From positions 15,555,405 to 15,619,404 of the forward strand of contig CM119266.1 of NCBI GenBank assembly GCA_051294375.1: a stretch of 64,000 bases of DNA, read 5' to 3'. The DNA comes from Paraspadella gotoi (Eukaryota; Animalia; Chaetognatha). Below the pieces are notes generated by a model. It worked only from the letters and a program-made list of their open reading frames with translations, did no database searches and was not told the DNA's origin. Shown piece by piece: positions 1 to 13,592 of this stretch. The position numbers were made by a program, and so were the translations under genes. How positions within the stretch are numbered: the stretch's first letter is position 1; each line of letters starts with the position of its first letter.

Positions 1-736
1 CTTTATGGGGACCAGCTGGAGTTACATGTGCGTGATGATCTCGCTCCTGGCCGGTCGAGTGGATCTTGCGACGACCTTGTGGAGCTGGGGGCTCTGCAAT
101 CTCGTCGTTGCCGTCCCCCTCTCGCTCCACTTCCGAGAGTCGCCTTTGGGCCCCGCCAAACTCGAGACGAGATGGCGCTGTCAGCTGTTTGTCTTGGCGG
201 CAATGGAGATCTTGACGAAGGTGAGAAATGAGTATGAGTCTGAAGTGAGGAGAAGGCCCAGGGGGTCTTGGAGATTTTTTTCTCCAGTTGCCTGAGCTTT
301 CCAGAACTTGTAATCCGGCGGTAGGCATTAAAGCGTAGCAAAAATATTAAAATAAAGTAGAATCAAAAATTGAATATTTTTTTATTTTAATTTTTATACA
401 TATTTATACCTAGTACTCACCATAGAAAATGTCAAAGTTTTAAAATGGTTATTTCTTATTTTTAAAAGCAGATTCGAATTTCTAACGAAAAGTTGATAAA
501 AATTATATATCAATGTTCTTTAGTCTTTAGTCAATGATCTGCAACTTTCACTAGTAGGCATAATATCAGTGGTTTTACCGGCCTCTAACCGTTCAGACCA
601 GGGCTGGAACTCCGAACAATTGGGTTCTGAGATGAAGCGTTATGGCACAGTCAGATGGAAAAGGCTTTTCCGGCTCTCTTTTTCCAGAGCGTCCATTTCT
701 GTTCCTCTATTGCTTTAAAATTTAAATTAAAAAAAT

Positions 737-791
<55 letters not shown>

Positions 792-1518
792 CCAGGTGCT
801 CACTGCCGCGATCCTGACAGGCAGCCCCATTGGCGACGCCGCCTCCCTCTGGAACTTAAGCGTCATCTTCTCCATGCTCATCCAAGCGGCGCTGTTACGC
901 CGGGCGCCGGGCGTCGTTCAAATCGGCGCCGTCGTCGTCACCCTCGTCGGCATCGTCCTTATCCAAAAGCCGAGCTTCATCTTCGCCGGCTACGAAGTGG
1001 AACGCATCGCCGCAAGATTCCCCCATAGAAAATACTACTACATCTTGGCCTTAAGCGAGGCCCTTCCCTACGCCCTCATGTTCGTCCTCTCCGAACATCT
1101 CCAGCTCCGTGGTGTCCACTGGAGCGTTTTTTATCTCAACAACGCCGTGGGGCTGCTGGTATCGGCTGCGGCGACGACGCTGGCTGCACCGTCGCGCCAT
1201 CTCGCTTTCCTCGCTTCGTTGACGGCTCAAGAGGCGGTGGAGTATCTCTTCGTCGGGGTCTTCGATCTGCTCGCCCACTCTTGCCTCTTCGTCGCAGTGC
1301 AGCACATCAGGTCCGAGGTGGTCGCAGTCTTCGCCACGCTCGAGATCCCATTCTCGTATCTGTTGGGCTTCGTTTTCTTGGGTCAGCGACCCGAGGCGTT
1401 GGGCATCACGGGGTCCACCTTGATCTTTGGAGCATTGATCACTCTTTCTATTTCCAAGAGAATAGGGGAGAAAGAGAAGGAGGAAGAAAATAAAAAGTTG
1501 ATGGATGGAAAAGAATAG
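1..1518 (+). CDS. EamA/drug-metabolite transporter superfamily membrane protein (SLC35G/TMEM20-like), probably 5'-partial; exons <1-220 and 796-1518
   Basis: Donor AAG|GTGAGA at 221 and (CT)n-CAG acceptor at 795 join in phase 0 (..MEILTK|VLTAAILTGSPIGDAASL..). Multiple hydrophobic helices. EamA-type motifs 'PIGDAASL' and 'VAVFATLEIPFSYLLGFVFLGQRP..GITGSTLI'. Confidence 0.75.
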
Positions 1519-2119
1519 AAAAAGTTATTTTGAATTCCGTTTACATATTTGTAATATTTATAATAAATAATATATAATATATTCGTAATATAAGATATAA
1601 TGGCGATGTCATGCCTTTTGTCTGAAATTTGGTCTTGTTTTTTTTAATTATTTTTATCCAGTTATTGACTTTCTCCCATTAGGAGCTTTTCTTTTATTTC
1701 TTATTAAAAGCATTTTTTTTTCAGATTCCTATTGACTTTTAAGTTTGATGTTTGGTCTGTACCCAACTTTTTCACTTATATCTCTTTGTACAAAACATTT
1801 TTTTAACATTACTTTTTTAAAGGGTTGTAAAAATAAAGACTAAAACATTTTTAGTATTATCACCAGAAGTCCTGGTTGGTTTTATAACACAAAATAATAT
1901 TCATATTAAAGTATTGATGCTCGTGGCAGTATATAGGCGTGAACATAAAGGAGAAATAAAACTAGACGTCCAAAGGCTGTAGATTCAATATCAGAGTCTT
2001 ACTTTGCTCAGTACAGTATGTTGACTGAAGTGTTGTTGAGGGAAAGAACATGACGAAAATTATGAAAATTATGAAAGCGATGAAGAAACCTGAAAGCGGG
2101 AATATCCTGTTTTTTTTTT

Positions 2120-2305
2120 TAAATTAGGTTAAGGGTTAGGGACATTGAATTGGTTAGGGATAGGAATATGGCAAAAGATTTGGTTATAATTTTGGTTAGA
2201 TGTTAAGGTTAGGGATTAGGGTAAGGGATTAGGGATTAAAATTAGGTAAAATATTAGGTTAAACTATTGGAGAAAGATTAGAGGAAGAAATTAGGGTTAA
2301 AAGTT
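2120..2305 (+). repeat. Degenerate telomere-like (TTAGGG/ATTAGGG) interstitial repeat patch
   Basis: Runs such as ttaagggttaggg and ttagggattagggtaagggattagggatt are visible directly. Confidence 0.6.
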
Positions 2306-3399
2306 AAAAGATTAAAAGTGCCTATTTTATTTTTAATTTTCGATTAGTGAATTATTCATACGGAGTAACAGTCGAGTTCCATCCCTAGAAAGCGATTGTC
2401 CATTTTTTGTTTCTTTTTCTCTTCAAAGTCAAGAATAAAGCCTCGGGGTTTTCCGCTTGAATCGTATCCGTCGAGACTTCGGCGGAAATGAAGACAAAAA
2501 AAAACCGTTTGTAGAGATTAAAAAGAAAAAAAAGTATTAAACGCAGTCGAAGGAGTGGGGTGGTCTAGTAGGGGTGGTGTGGGGAAGAGGATTGGAGGAT
2601 AGATGTGTGGGGCCCACAATGTCATTTTAGGCTGAGGGTCGATGAGTACAGAGTAGCTTTTCAAATAGAGTTCGGTAGAAATAACTAGCTGAGGAAGTTA
2701 AATGAAGCAGTTCAGTGCAAAATGGTTAAGGTGTGGCAACAGAAACACGCGACCTCATCCGATCATCTCTCTCTCCCAATCACTGGCCGATCACCGGTCA
2801 CCACCACTCTCTACCGGCTGTCCTCAGCCGGTCTCTCTGTACAGTTTATTGTTATGGTTTTAGACTTAGCATTATTTGGAATTGATTTCTGTATTATTCG
2901 TTGGAGAATAAATCATTCTCGATCTGAACTTCGTCTCTTTAATAACTGCCACACGTGGTGAGCCCGACGTGATTTTCAACAACTTGGCGGCGCGCTGAGA
3001 CTTGGAATCGCCGTAAACAACTTTAATAACTGCCACAAAAGTTAAGTTAAAGTTCATTCAGAATGACTGCTGATTGAAAATCTCTTACAATAGATCTGCC
3101 CCTTTCCTTTCTGGACAACTGCCACGCTAATCGTAAAACGATCCGGTGTTCGGAGGGTGGTTCGCGTAGAAAGAACGTGGGTGGTCGATAAGAAGAGGGG
3201 TCGCGTCAATGATGGATTAGTCGCCAAGCAAATCGCCTCGCGATCAGTCCATTACGCATTAACAGCCATTGCAGACTTTTTCTTTCTTTTTTTTTTTCAA
3301 CACGAGGCGGTGCTCCTCCTTCGCTGTTAAGGATTTTTTTTCTACGTCGAACATCGTAGGATTTGCCAGAGCGAGTACTCCACTCTCATTATAATTTCG

Positions 3400-3460
<61 letters not shown>

Positions 3461-4854
3461 TCCCTCCCTGTGTCTTCCCCACCCACCTCCAATGTAAGCC
3501 CGGGAATCTTTGCGCCTAGGGCGGACTGACCGGCTTCGTCTTCTCGTCTGCTAATGTGTTTTGAATAAAAAAAAACGGAGAGGGAAAAAAAATTGTGCGG
3601 ACTTTTAAAGTTCGATGCTAGGAACGGTGACGATGGGCGACACGGACGGTCGGTTTCATCGTTTTTTAGCGTCTATAGGGTGCAAAACGCAAAGTGTGGT
3701 CAGCCAAGTCCTTCAGTTCGTATTATCGACCGGGTGACTAGATTTCTTACTTCAGAACGACCTTATTTAAATTTGCGATCACTTTTCCCTCGCTCTAGAA
3801 AGGACAGGTTTTGTCACGGCACGGGGGAAGTAAATAATACAATTTGCAATAGTTTATCAAGCGCCCTCGGTTATTGAGAAAATGCGGATTTCCGAGTTTC
3901 TCTATATTTTCTTTTTCAGCCGACGAAAGTAGTTTTAATTCCATTTTGTCTCGAGTCGCTCGATTATCGGTCTCCCACATCTCACATGCGTAGGAGCGGC
4001 AAGTAGGGGGGAGGACGAAGCCGGGGGCATGAAAGAGAGAGGGAGTTAACATGATCCCTGAATCCGGTTCCCACTCACAGAGAAAAGTTTTTTCGTCGTC
4101 TAGCGGAATAAAAAAAATAACATACTGAATCTCATTATTTTCCTTTCGAAACGCCGCCGCCGCCGCCGCCGACACTTTGGCTCATCGTTAACCAATTGCG
4201 TGGGGGGGAGAGTTTTAGCCAAGTTGCCTGGAAGACTTCGTATCAAGCGGCTTTATGAATAAGCCAGCCTCGTTTATTATTAAATAACGCGCCTTAAAAC
4301 TCGACCGTTTTCTCCTTCTCCCTCTGATGATTAATTCTTCGGGCGCGGTCGTTTTCGCCTCGCGCGCCCGCTGGCGGAAAACGGCGTAACGATTTCGTTA
4401 TGACTCGTGACAAATGATTTCCCGCGGAACAAAAGAATCCGGATGGAAAAAAAACTTTTAATGACAAAAAGCTAGCAATGACATAAGTGACATTCGTATG
4501 AACACTGAAATATATAAAAGGTAAAAATAAACGTATGAATACCAGAAAACACATTATTACATTCCGTTGAAACATTGCAAAGACCTCACTGACAAAAATT
4601 ATTTCATACTGACCTTGGTAATCCTCGATTAGTCAACGAAGGAAGAAAATCGCTCTTCCCCTTTTCTTCTATTGTCCTAGACTGAGAAGGCCTCGTCTTT
4701 TGTTTCCTCAATTCCTCGAACAATCAGCCTCTTCATCACCGACTGCCGGTCGGTCGTCTTCGTTAGCCCCGTGTTTATTCCGGATGACGATTTTTTTTTT
4801 CTAGAACGAGAATTAGATTGAGGCTTGATAAAACCCTAACTCGAAACCCTGCGA

Positions 4855-5401
4855 ATGGTGGGTCCGGAGAAAAGCGAGAGTTTAACCTGGAGTCTTTCTA
4901 TACAAGCTTTCTCAGTGTAGGCGATTGGTGGGTCCGGAGAAGAGCGGGAGTTTAACCTGGAAGTCTCTCTATACAAGCTTTCTCAGTGTAGGCGATTGTG
5001 GGGTCGGAGAAGAGCGGGAGTTTAACCTGGAGGTCTCTCTATACAAGCTTTCTCAGTGTGGCGATTGGGTGGTTCCGGAGAAGAGCGGAGTTTAACCTGA
5101 GGTCTCTCTATACAAGCTTTCTCAGTGTAGGCGATTGGTGGGTCCGGAGAAGAGGGGAGTTTACCTGGAGTTCTCTATACAAGCTTTCTCAGTGTTGGCT
5201 ATTGGTGGGTCCGGAGAAGAGCGGGAGTTAACCTGGAGGTCTCTCTATACAAGCTTTCTCAGTGTGGCGATTGGTGGTCCGGAGAAGAGCGGGAGTTTAA
5301 CCTGGAGTCTCTCTATACAAGCTTTCTCAGTGTAGGCGATTGGTGGGTCCGGAGAAGAGCGGAGTTTAACCTGGAAGTCTCCTATACAAGCTTTCTCAGT
5401 G
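4855..5401. repeat. Tandem minisatellite, ~70-bp unit, about 8 copies
   Basis: Unit GATTGGTGGGTCCGGAGAAGAGCGGGAGTTTAACCTGGAGGTCTCTCTATACAAGCTTTCTCAGTGTAGGC repeated head-to-tail; TACAAGCTTTCTCAGTG occurs 8 times. Confidence 0.95.
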
Positions 5402-5627
5402 CGCCCCCTTTAAATACAGCCCCCTCCATGTTCTGACTCGATCGCTTCTCGTCTTTGCGATGCATAAATTCAATTCCCGTCGCGCGATTCGACGGAAAAA
5501 ACAAAGAAGGAGATTCTCTCTCTCTCCTTTTCCGTTTTGTTTATTTGTTTCTTTCCTTTTATTTATTCATGGGTCTCAATTTCTCCCTTTCCTTTCCTCC
5601 CTTCCTCCCTACATCTCCTTCCCTCAG

Positions 5628-8600
5628 GTCTCTGTACGTTCACAGTGAGGATCGGCGACAGGAACGACAACGATCCAATTTTTCAGAAGACGAAATACGA
5701 CGTCGCCATCAAACAGGTAAACAACCACGACGGGTGGGGAAACTATAATTTAAAAAAAAAAAATAAAAAAAGTTGTCGACGACGGTGAAATTCTTCGTTA
5801 TCATCTGCAGTAAGAGTGATAGAGATAAAATAAACGACACACAGAAAAGGAAAGGTTTTTCATTTTTACGATTGGCGTAATGAGTAAGAGATTCCAGTTG
5901 ATTTTTGAGATGAGAATTTTTCACGTAATAAAATAGAAAACGAAAAAGAGATGGAGAAAAAACCCAGATAAATTACTGACAAGTACCGTCCCAAAAACAC
6001 GCCTGTTCCCGACGAATAAATTCTATCAAAAAATTGATGCGAACATTCTCGGCGAAGGCGGTGGCGCGTCTTTGTAAGCGAGCTTCTACGCGTCCGGAGT
6101 CAGTGGATGGTTTCAGTCGGGACACCAACCGGTCGCTTTGGTCGATCGACGACTATGTCCGCCCGACTCTCCCCCTTTACTGGGAACGCCTATTCCCGTT
6201 ATCGGTGGAAGTCGAGGTCGCCTTGGAGGCTGTGGTCGTCACTTCCGCCAGAACGCGGCGACCTCCCCTCCGGCCTCTGAGGCGGCCCACCCAGCGATGC
6301 CATTCTCGTCGCTGGTCGGGGCGAGACCGCCCGGTTGCCCGTACCTGGCTCCCTTTTGCTGATATTTTTTTTAATATTTATTGTGTAACTAAAATGGGAT
6401 TTCGCCGATGGTGGGGTTCGTTCCTTTTTTTATAAGTTTGATAATGAGTTTATAAAAAAATATTTTTTATCATCATATGGCCAAACGGAACTAGTCAAAG
6501 AATTAGTTAAGAAATATTTTTTAATCAAATTCATATGACGATATGTTTGAAATCCACCACCCACTCCGCTCTCAAGGACACGCCGGTGCACACCTCAGTG
6601 CTCCGCGTGGCAGCTTACGACAGAGACATCGGCCAAAACTCTGAAGTCATCTACTCATTGCGGGATCAGTCGGGATTCTTTTCGATCAACAATAAAACCG
6701 GATGGATTTACGTCAAAGCACCCATATATGGAGTAAGTTTAGTCTTATTTAATTTTTAAGTGATTCATTCGTCGTTTCATTGATTCGTTTATTCATTTAG
6801 AGTGCTATCCTCAATTCCTCATCGTCAATTTTTATTGATTGTGATCTTTTACGTTTTTTTTTTAGTTTTCCCCATTTTCATTTTTTTTAAATTTTTTTTC
6901 CGGGTAATCTTCTATTTATTATGCGTTCGGCTTAATCTTTTTCTACTTGGCTATTCTGCGACAGGCTTTAATAAAAGGATCTTTTGTGTTAACAGTTAAA
7001 CGGATGAAAAGAATTAAAAAGATAAAAACTGATTCAATATTCTCATCTCGACCGACGTTATGATCATATAGCTCATCGTGAGCTCGATAATAAAACTTTT
7101 TTTTTATTGAGAGACTGAAAAAAAAAAATTACAAGCGCATTTCACAGTTTTGTTTAAAAAATTTAAAGTTACGTTATCGTACGACGGAATCGAAAAATGA
7201 TTAAAATATTTAACTGAAAAGATTTGAAGGTAACAACTTAACCATATTATATAAACTTTAAGCATTGATGATTCATCATTGATGAAGGCTAACATGTCCA
7301 AAATTTAGTAAAAACGTTGTTGTAAAAAATAATAAACTTATTTTACGTTTTTTTAATATCAAACTCAAGGAAAGAAACAATCAAAACCAAGCAAAAAAGT
7401 AATAAAAGAAAAGAGAAAAAAAGATTCATATCTGAATCAAATTCGGTCGGTCGATCACGAGAGGAGAGCTCCGCTGGGCGTTCGTCTCAATCATAGAGAC
7501 TCAATGCTGTTCGTTCCCGGCCTCTCTTTCTCCGCCTCATTCGACCCCCCCCCCCTCCCCATATCCAATCCTCATTAACCCCTCGTTTTTACCCTTAGCT
7601 TTCTTGTATATCCCCCTTGAAGGGTTTGTTTGTCGTTCCATCACAAGACCACGAGACATCAGCTTGTCATCTCACATTTTTTCCCCGGCGTCTTAAAAGG
7701 GAATTTTTTTTTTTTTTTTTTTTTGATTCCAGTGTTCTTCCATTATTTTGAAACTAACGACATTTTTTTTTTGGTCTATTTTCGAGTTTACACCCAAAGT
7801 CATTTTTTTTACTTAAAGCGAGATGACGTTCGCTTTATCTTACCACCTTTTTTTCGATGTCATATTTCTTATTTAATACACGAATTTCAGTTCTCCACTT
7901 ATTTGTTTTTGGTTATAATACAAAAAATTACAATCTCCACTCATTTGTTTCGTCTATTTCTCCCTCCAACTACAATAAAAAAAAAAAGTTTCAGTTTAAA
8001 AAAAAAACACTTTGTTTCTCTTTGGAAACGCCCTTACCCTCTCTCCCAAACACTCAGTCCTCCCTCTTTCTTTCTTCCAAATCTGTACGATCCACACGTC
8101 CTTTTGTTTATCCCGTCCTTCCAGACTGCGAGAGCCAAGATGACAGCGATTGCGACGGACAAAGGGAACCCGCCTCGATCGCGATCAGTGGACGTGGAGA
8201 TCGAAATCACCGGAACTACCAACCAACCGCCCGCTTGGAAAACAGTGAGTTCGAGAGGGGAAGGGAAGAGCCAATCGAGATTTCATTTCGCCGACCGCGG
8301 TTATAGAGAATTTTGAAAAACTACTTAAAAATACTTATTTTTAAAGAAAAATTTAAAAAAAATATTACCAAATAACCCTAACCCTAAACTCACTTAACCC
8401 TAACCACCCCTAACTCTAAACTACCCCAAAACCACCCTTAACCCTAACCCCTCCATAACCGCGGTCGGCGAAAGTAAAAGTAACCCAATATCATTATATT
8501 CACAATTCTTGCTATGTATTATTGAGAAAACAGATTTCTTCTGAGCTCCACCAATTTTTCACTGCTACTAAACTCACAAATGTTGCTAATATAAACGACA

Positions 8601-11600
8601 ACCTCTAATACTAATACTTTTCGATCCCTCTCTCGTAGGCGTATCCTGTGCGAAAGGTTGATGAAAACGTGACGGTCGACACGGTGCTGATCTCGGTGGA
8701 GGCGACGTCCCCGCAGGGAGATCGCATCATCTACGACATCGATGAGCAAAGCAATCAGGTCCCCCCTTGTCGTTGTCGTTGTTGTTGTTGTTTTTTCTTG
8801 TCTTTATTGCTTAGGAGAGGAGCGGCGAGGAGGAACGGCCGATTGGGTAAAAGAAGAAAATAATCAAAAAAGAAAGAAGAAAAAAAAGAAAAGGGAAATT
8901 AAAAAGCGTATGAGTCAGCGAGGGAGAAAATAAAAAAAAAATGGAAAAACAAATAAAGAATCGGAAAAACTAACTATAAAAAAGGAAGAAAATTAAAAGC
9001 GATAAAAAAGGGGAAGGCGTTGATAAAAATGCCGCAATCTTCGATCAAGCTGTTTACTTTCGTTCTCCGGCCCCCCGCCCCCCGCCCACTGGTCCCATCT
9101 CTTCCCTTTTCTCTCTCGATTCCCTCTACAGGAAGGCAAGTTCCAGATAGACCCAAACACTGGGGATCTGCGCCTATTTAAGCCTTTGGACTATGAGAAG
9201 ACAAAGGCCTATGAGCTGACTCTGGTTGCTGAAAATGCGGCGAAAGTCGCACTCAAGGCTTACACCACGCTTCGCATACAGATTCAGGACGTTAATGACG
9301 AACCACCGTTATTCTCCCTCACACGGTGAGTCCAATGCTTCATCGGTTTTGTTTGTATTGTTTCGTGATGATTGTTGATGATTGGAGAAGCAACGAAACT
9401 CATCTGAGTTTGTTTTTAGTGAAGTTGAGCGAAAATAGACCTTGCTAAGTAAACCGCAATGGCAAAGTTTAAGTGCGACTGACAAACTGCGCCATTTTTT
9501 TTCTTCTGTTGTTGTTTTTTTTTTCTCGCAGTGTGAGCAAGTTTCCGCTTTACGTTAACCGCTTCTCGCTTCCTTTAACTAACCTTCTTCCCACCTACTT
9601 CCCGCTCCCAGCTTACCGCTTCATACTTCCCTAACTCTTCCCTCTTTCCCTTTCCTGCTCCCAGATTCCCGTTTCCCGCTTCCTACTTCCCTAACTATTT
9701 ACCTCCTTTTCCTACTTATCGCTTCCCGCTCCCTTTTTTCCCAATTTCCCCTTCCCTTTTCCATTTCATTTCCCCCCCTTCCGTAATTCCCTCTTCCCCA
9801 TCCCACCTTCCACTTCCCCGAAACCCTCTTCTCCCCCCTCTTCTCCCCCCTCACGCGACGCTAATGACGAACGTCAGTGATTCTTCCCCACGCTGTAGCG
9901 ACGCGCCCCGTTTGTTTTATACGCGCCGTTAAAAGTCCCTTTGACGCTAACGAGTTCATTGAAAGGAATTACGGTTATGACAAAGACGGAAGAGTGCGAC
10001 AACAGTTTGACGGATTTCTATTTCTTTCACGACCAAGTTAAATATATGGAGGCGTTCTCCTAAGGGTTCATATTTTATAATTGTTCGCTGAAAGACTGGA
10101 AAATACAAAATGAAATGAAGAGAGGTAGAAATTTTAGAATGGATTCTTATTCGCTCATCTTTTTTGCAGGTACCCAGCCAGTGTCCCCGAAAATGCCAAC
10201 CCGGGAACCTCCGTGTACACTGTGCGGGCGAATGATGCTGATGAAACGCCACCTAACAACAAGATCAGATATACTCTTCAGAAAGGTAACCTCGTTATGT
10301 TTTCTTGAGCGGCAATTTTAAAATTCGAAGCGTCTTTGACCAAGTTTTTTCGCCTCATCAAAATCTATGACTTTGCAGATCCATCGACCGAGGATTGGAA
10401 GCATTTTCGAATCAATCCTAACACTGGAGAGATCACCACCCTCAAGACTTTCGATCGAGAACACAAGTCTTTCTATTTAGTGCAGGTAAGAAATAACTTT
10501 AATAAAATTACGTGTAGAACCTAAAGTAAACTATATGGTGTCACGCTGTATTTGATAAATGCCGTCAACGTCACTATAACTATTGTCTCTTGTTGATCAA
10601 TAAATTTTCCTTTGCATATCTTAGCCAGACAGACAGACGAACGGAGCCAAACACGACGGAATATTTACCTTACTTTTTTTTTCCCCCTTGTTTTCCAGGT
10701 GGTAGCGGAAGATGGCGCTATATCAGCCCGTCCCCTGCACAAGCCTGTAGGAACTCCCAACAGGGACACGGCTGTTGTTTCCATCACGGTTTCCGACGTC
10801 AACGACAACGCCCCTTACTTCGAAAGCCCGCTCTACACGGCCGAGGTGTTCGAGAACGCCGAACCGGGCACGCCCGCCATCACCGTCGTCGCCAACGACA
10901 ACGACGAGAGTGAGTTTGTTTGGAAGGGGAAATAAATAAACGGAGAGAAGGGGGATTGTAGAAGGGAGAGGTGGAAGGAGTGAAAGGGAAGGAAAGAAAA
11001 GTGAGAAGAGAGGTTTCTTAGTTTAAACGACGTTGTTTCGATAGTCGTGGTTTTTGCTTGAATGATTCAGAGTCGGACATCTTCAGGAAGTCTGCGGAAT
11101 CGAGAGAGAAGATTTAAATATTCCTTTGAGGGGGAAGTCGATTGACATATTAAGAGAGTTTGAAATATTTGCGGGACAGGAGCGACAATTTGCCTTTGCA
11201 AAGTAAGTGATAAATCGTCGTCTTCGTCGTTGTCGTCGTCGTTGTCATCGAAGTCGACGGCCTCGGCGTCATGATCCGCTAAAAAAATAGTCGCCACGGT
11301 TGTTGTCAGTTCGAAGGTCCGAGATTAATGGGGCGGAAACGTTATTGTTCTTCGTCGACGCGTTTCGGCGAGATTCCAACTTGTTTCCTCTCCGACGCGA
11401 TTTCCTCGTTCCAAACTCGTTTTCGGCGCTTTTTTCACGCACATTATTTATCGAGTTTATAGGAGTTTCAGCTCATCGCCATCGTCGTTTTTCCTCATTC
11501 CTCTGACGGCGAACAGTTACAATTTGTAAAAACACAAGACTATCCGACTAAAAATTCTGTACTGTTATATGACATTTTAAAAATTAAAAATAATAAAAAT

Positions 11601-11624
11601 TGATGATGGATAGATTTCGAACTA

Positions 11625-11702
<78 letters not shown>

Positions 11703-13532
11703 GTTCCATCTCTCTCTCTCTTTCTCTAAAATGAAAGAGTGACTTTTAGCCTGCCATCGGATGAAACAAGGGAGCGCCATTTGGCGGAAAAAGCTTCCAT
11801 TGCCAAATGTTTTGAGCCTCTTTTTTCGTCTAAATGTTTTCTATTTGTCTCTTCTTTTTTCATGGAATTTTAAGGGAGAGGGAAAGACGAGGATAAAAAT
11901 TTATTTCCTCCTTTTCTTCGTCGTCTTCGTGGTTAAGCGAAGGGAGAAACAGGATGTTTTATGGAGCGGAAAAAGATTCAAATGGATTTGTTTGTCTTTG
12001 TCTGTCTGTAAACGATGCCAAGAGATTTGTCGTCAGGAGATTTCGTGGAATTGGGTATAAAATTGAGGCGAACTCAAAAGTTTGGGCTCTTTTTTAACCT
12101 CAAAGAATATAAACTTTTCGACATATATTTCTTTCTTCTTTAAAATAAAAGATTTCGAAATAAACTTTATCAAGTGGTCCTAACGTTGACAGCCTCTACA
12201 AAACGTAAACACAGAAACACTCTCCCTTTAAACATTTGTTTGTTTCGCAGTGAAAAAACTGTACTACTCCCTAACGGCGGGAAATTTGAACAACGTATTC
12301 GCGGTGAACCCGGAGACGGGGGAGATCAAAGTTTCCGGGAATTTGGACTACGAGACGCGGCAGCACTACACGCTCACGCTGACCGCCTCCGACGGGGCCT
12401 TTACTAACACGACCACCGTCCAAATCACCGTTAAAGACGTCAACGATAATCCTCCAGGTCTGTGGACTGTCATTGAAAGATTGTTTTTAAACAAAATACC
12501 GAAACAAAATATTTAAAATAATCGACAGACTTCAGCAAACAAGTCTACATGGCCGAACTGACAGAAGAAGAGAACCGTAATCTACCCAAGAAGCTCGTCA
12601 AAGTCTCCGCGTCGGACGGAGACGTCGACCAACCCGTCAACATCGTCTACGCGCTTCAAGTGAGACGCTCCAACGCCATTTCTCAAATTCATGGCGAGAG
12701 GAAAACGAGGAAAAGAGCGAAAAAAACTTTTAGCTGCGATTTAGTTTTAAAAAAAAAGAGATTTTCATCCCATTAATCAACAACAGTCATCGCATCAGGC
12801 TTTTGTTGTCACAGTAAAAAATGAACTTGGCGTCGACTTCTATTTTTCATTAAGATGAGGATTTTCTGCAACCTTTATTTTCTTTTTCTTTTTAGTCTTT
12901 TTAGTCTTTTTAGTCTTACTTAGTTTTGAAAATAATCGTTGTATAATGTTGCCATTTTGACCGCTCCCTTTCCAGGGTCAAAACGTGGAGAACATGTTCG
13001 AAATCGACGAAAAGAGTGGAGAAATCAAAGTGAAGGTTCCTTTGGATCGGGATCCGCCCAATGGACGACCCATCTGGTCCTTCAACGTCTTGGCCACCGA
13101 CAACGGCGGCAAGAACGGACTCGATGGCTACGCGGAAGTCCAGGTATGTGTGAAGCTATTATGTTCGCGGAGGTAATTGTGTGTGGGACGACAACAAGCG
13201 AGCAAGTGGATTGACTGTGGTTTAACATTGACCAATGACATATAAATAAATTTGAATTCTTTCCTCCAGGTGAAGCTCCAAGACATCAATGACAACGATC
13301 CCGTTTTCGATCAGACGATTGAAGCACACGTGACGGAAAACTCTCCAAAAGGAACGGCTGTAATTCCTCCAGGTGACGATCGCTCTGCTCCTCTTCGCTC
13401 ACTTTTGAGATACGTTCACTGAGACCCATAACCTAAATTAACTCTCTTCCCTCGCCGCAGTTCTCGCTTTGGACAACGACGATCCCAACGAAGGGAAGAA
13501 CGCCAAATTGCGCTATCGCATCACGCAGGTAA

Positions 13533-13592
<60 letters not shown>

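Noticed and set aside
4855-5401. Regular repeats resembling a CRISPR array
   Set aside because: Whole units are near-identical with no unique spacers, no cas genes are present, and the context is a eukaryotic intron.
6034-6435. 133-aa ORF in a cadherin intron
   Set aside because: No cadherin or other motif and no compatible splice sites; more likely a CpG-rich regulatory or TE-derived patch.
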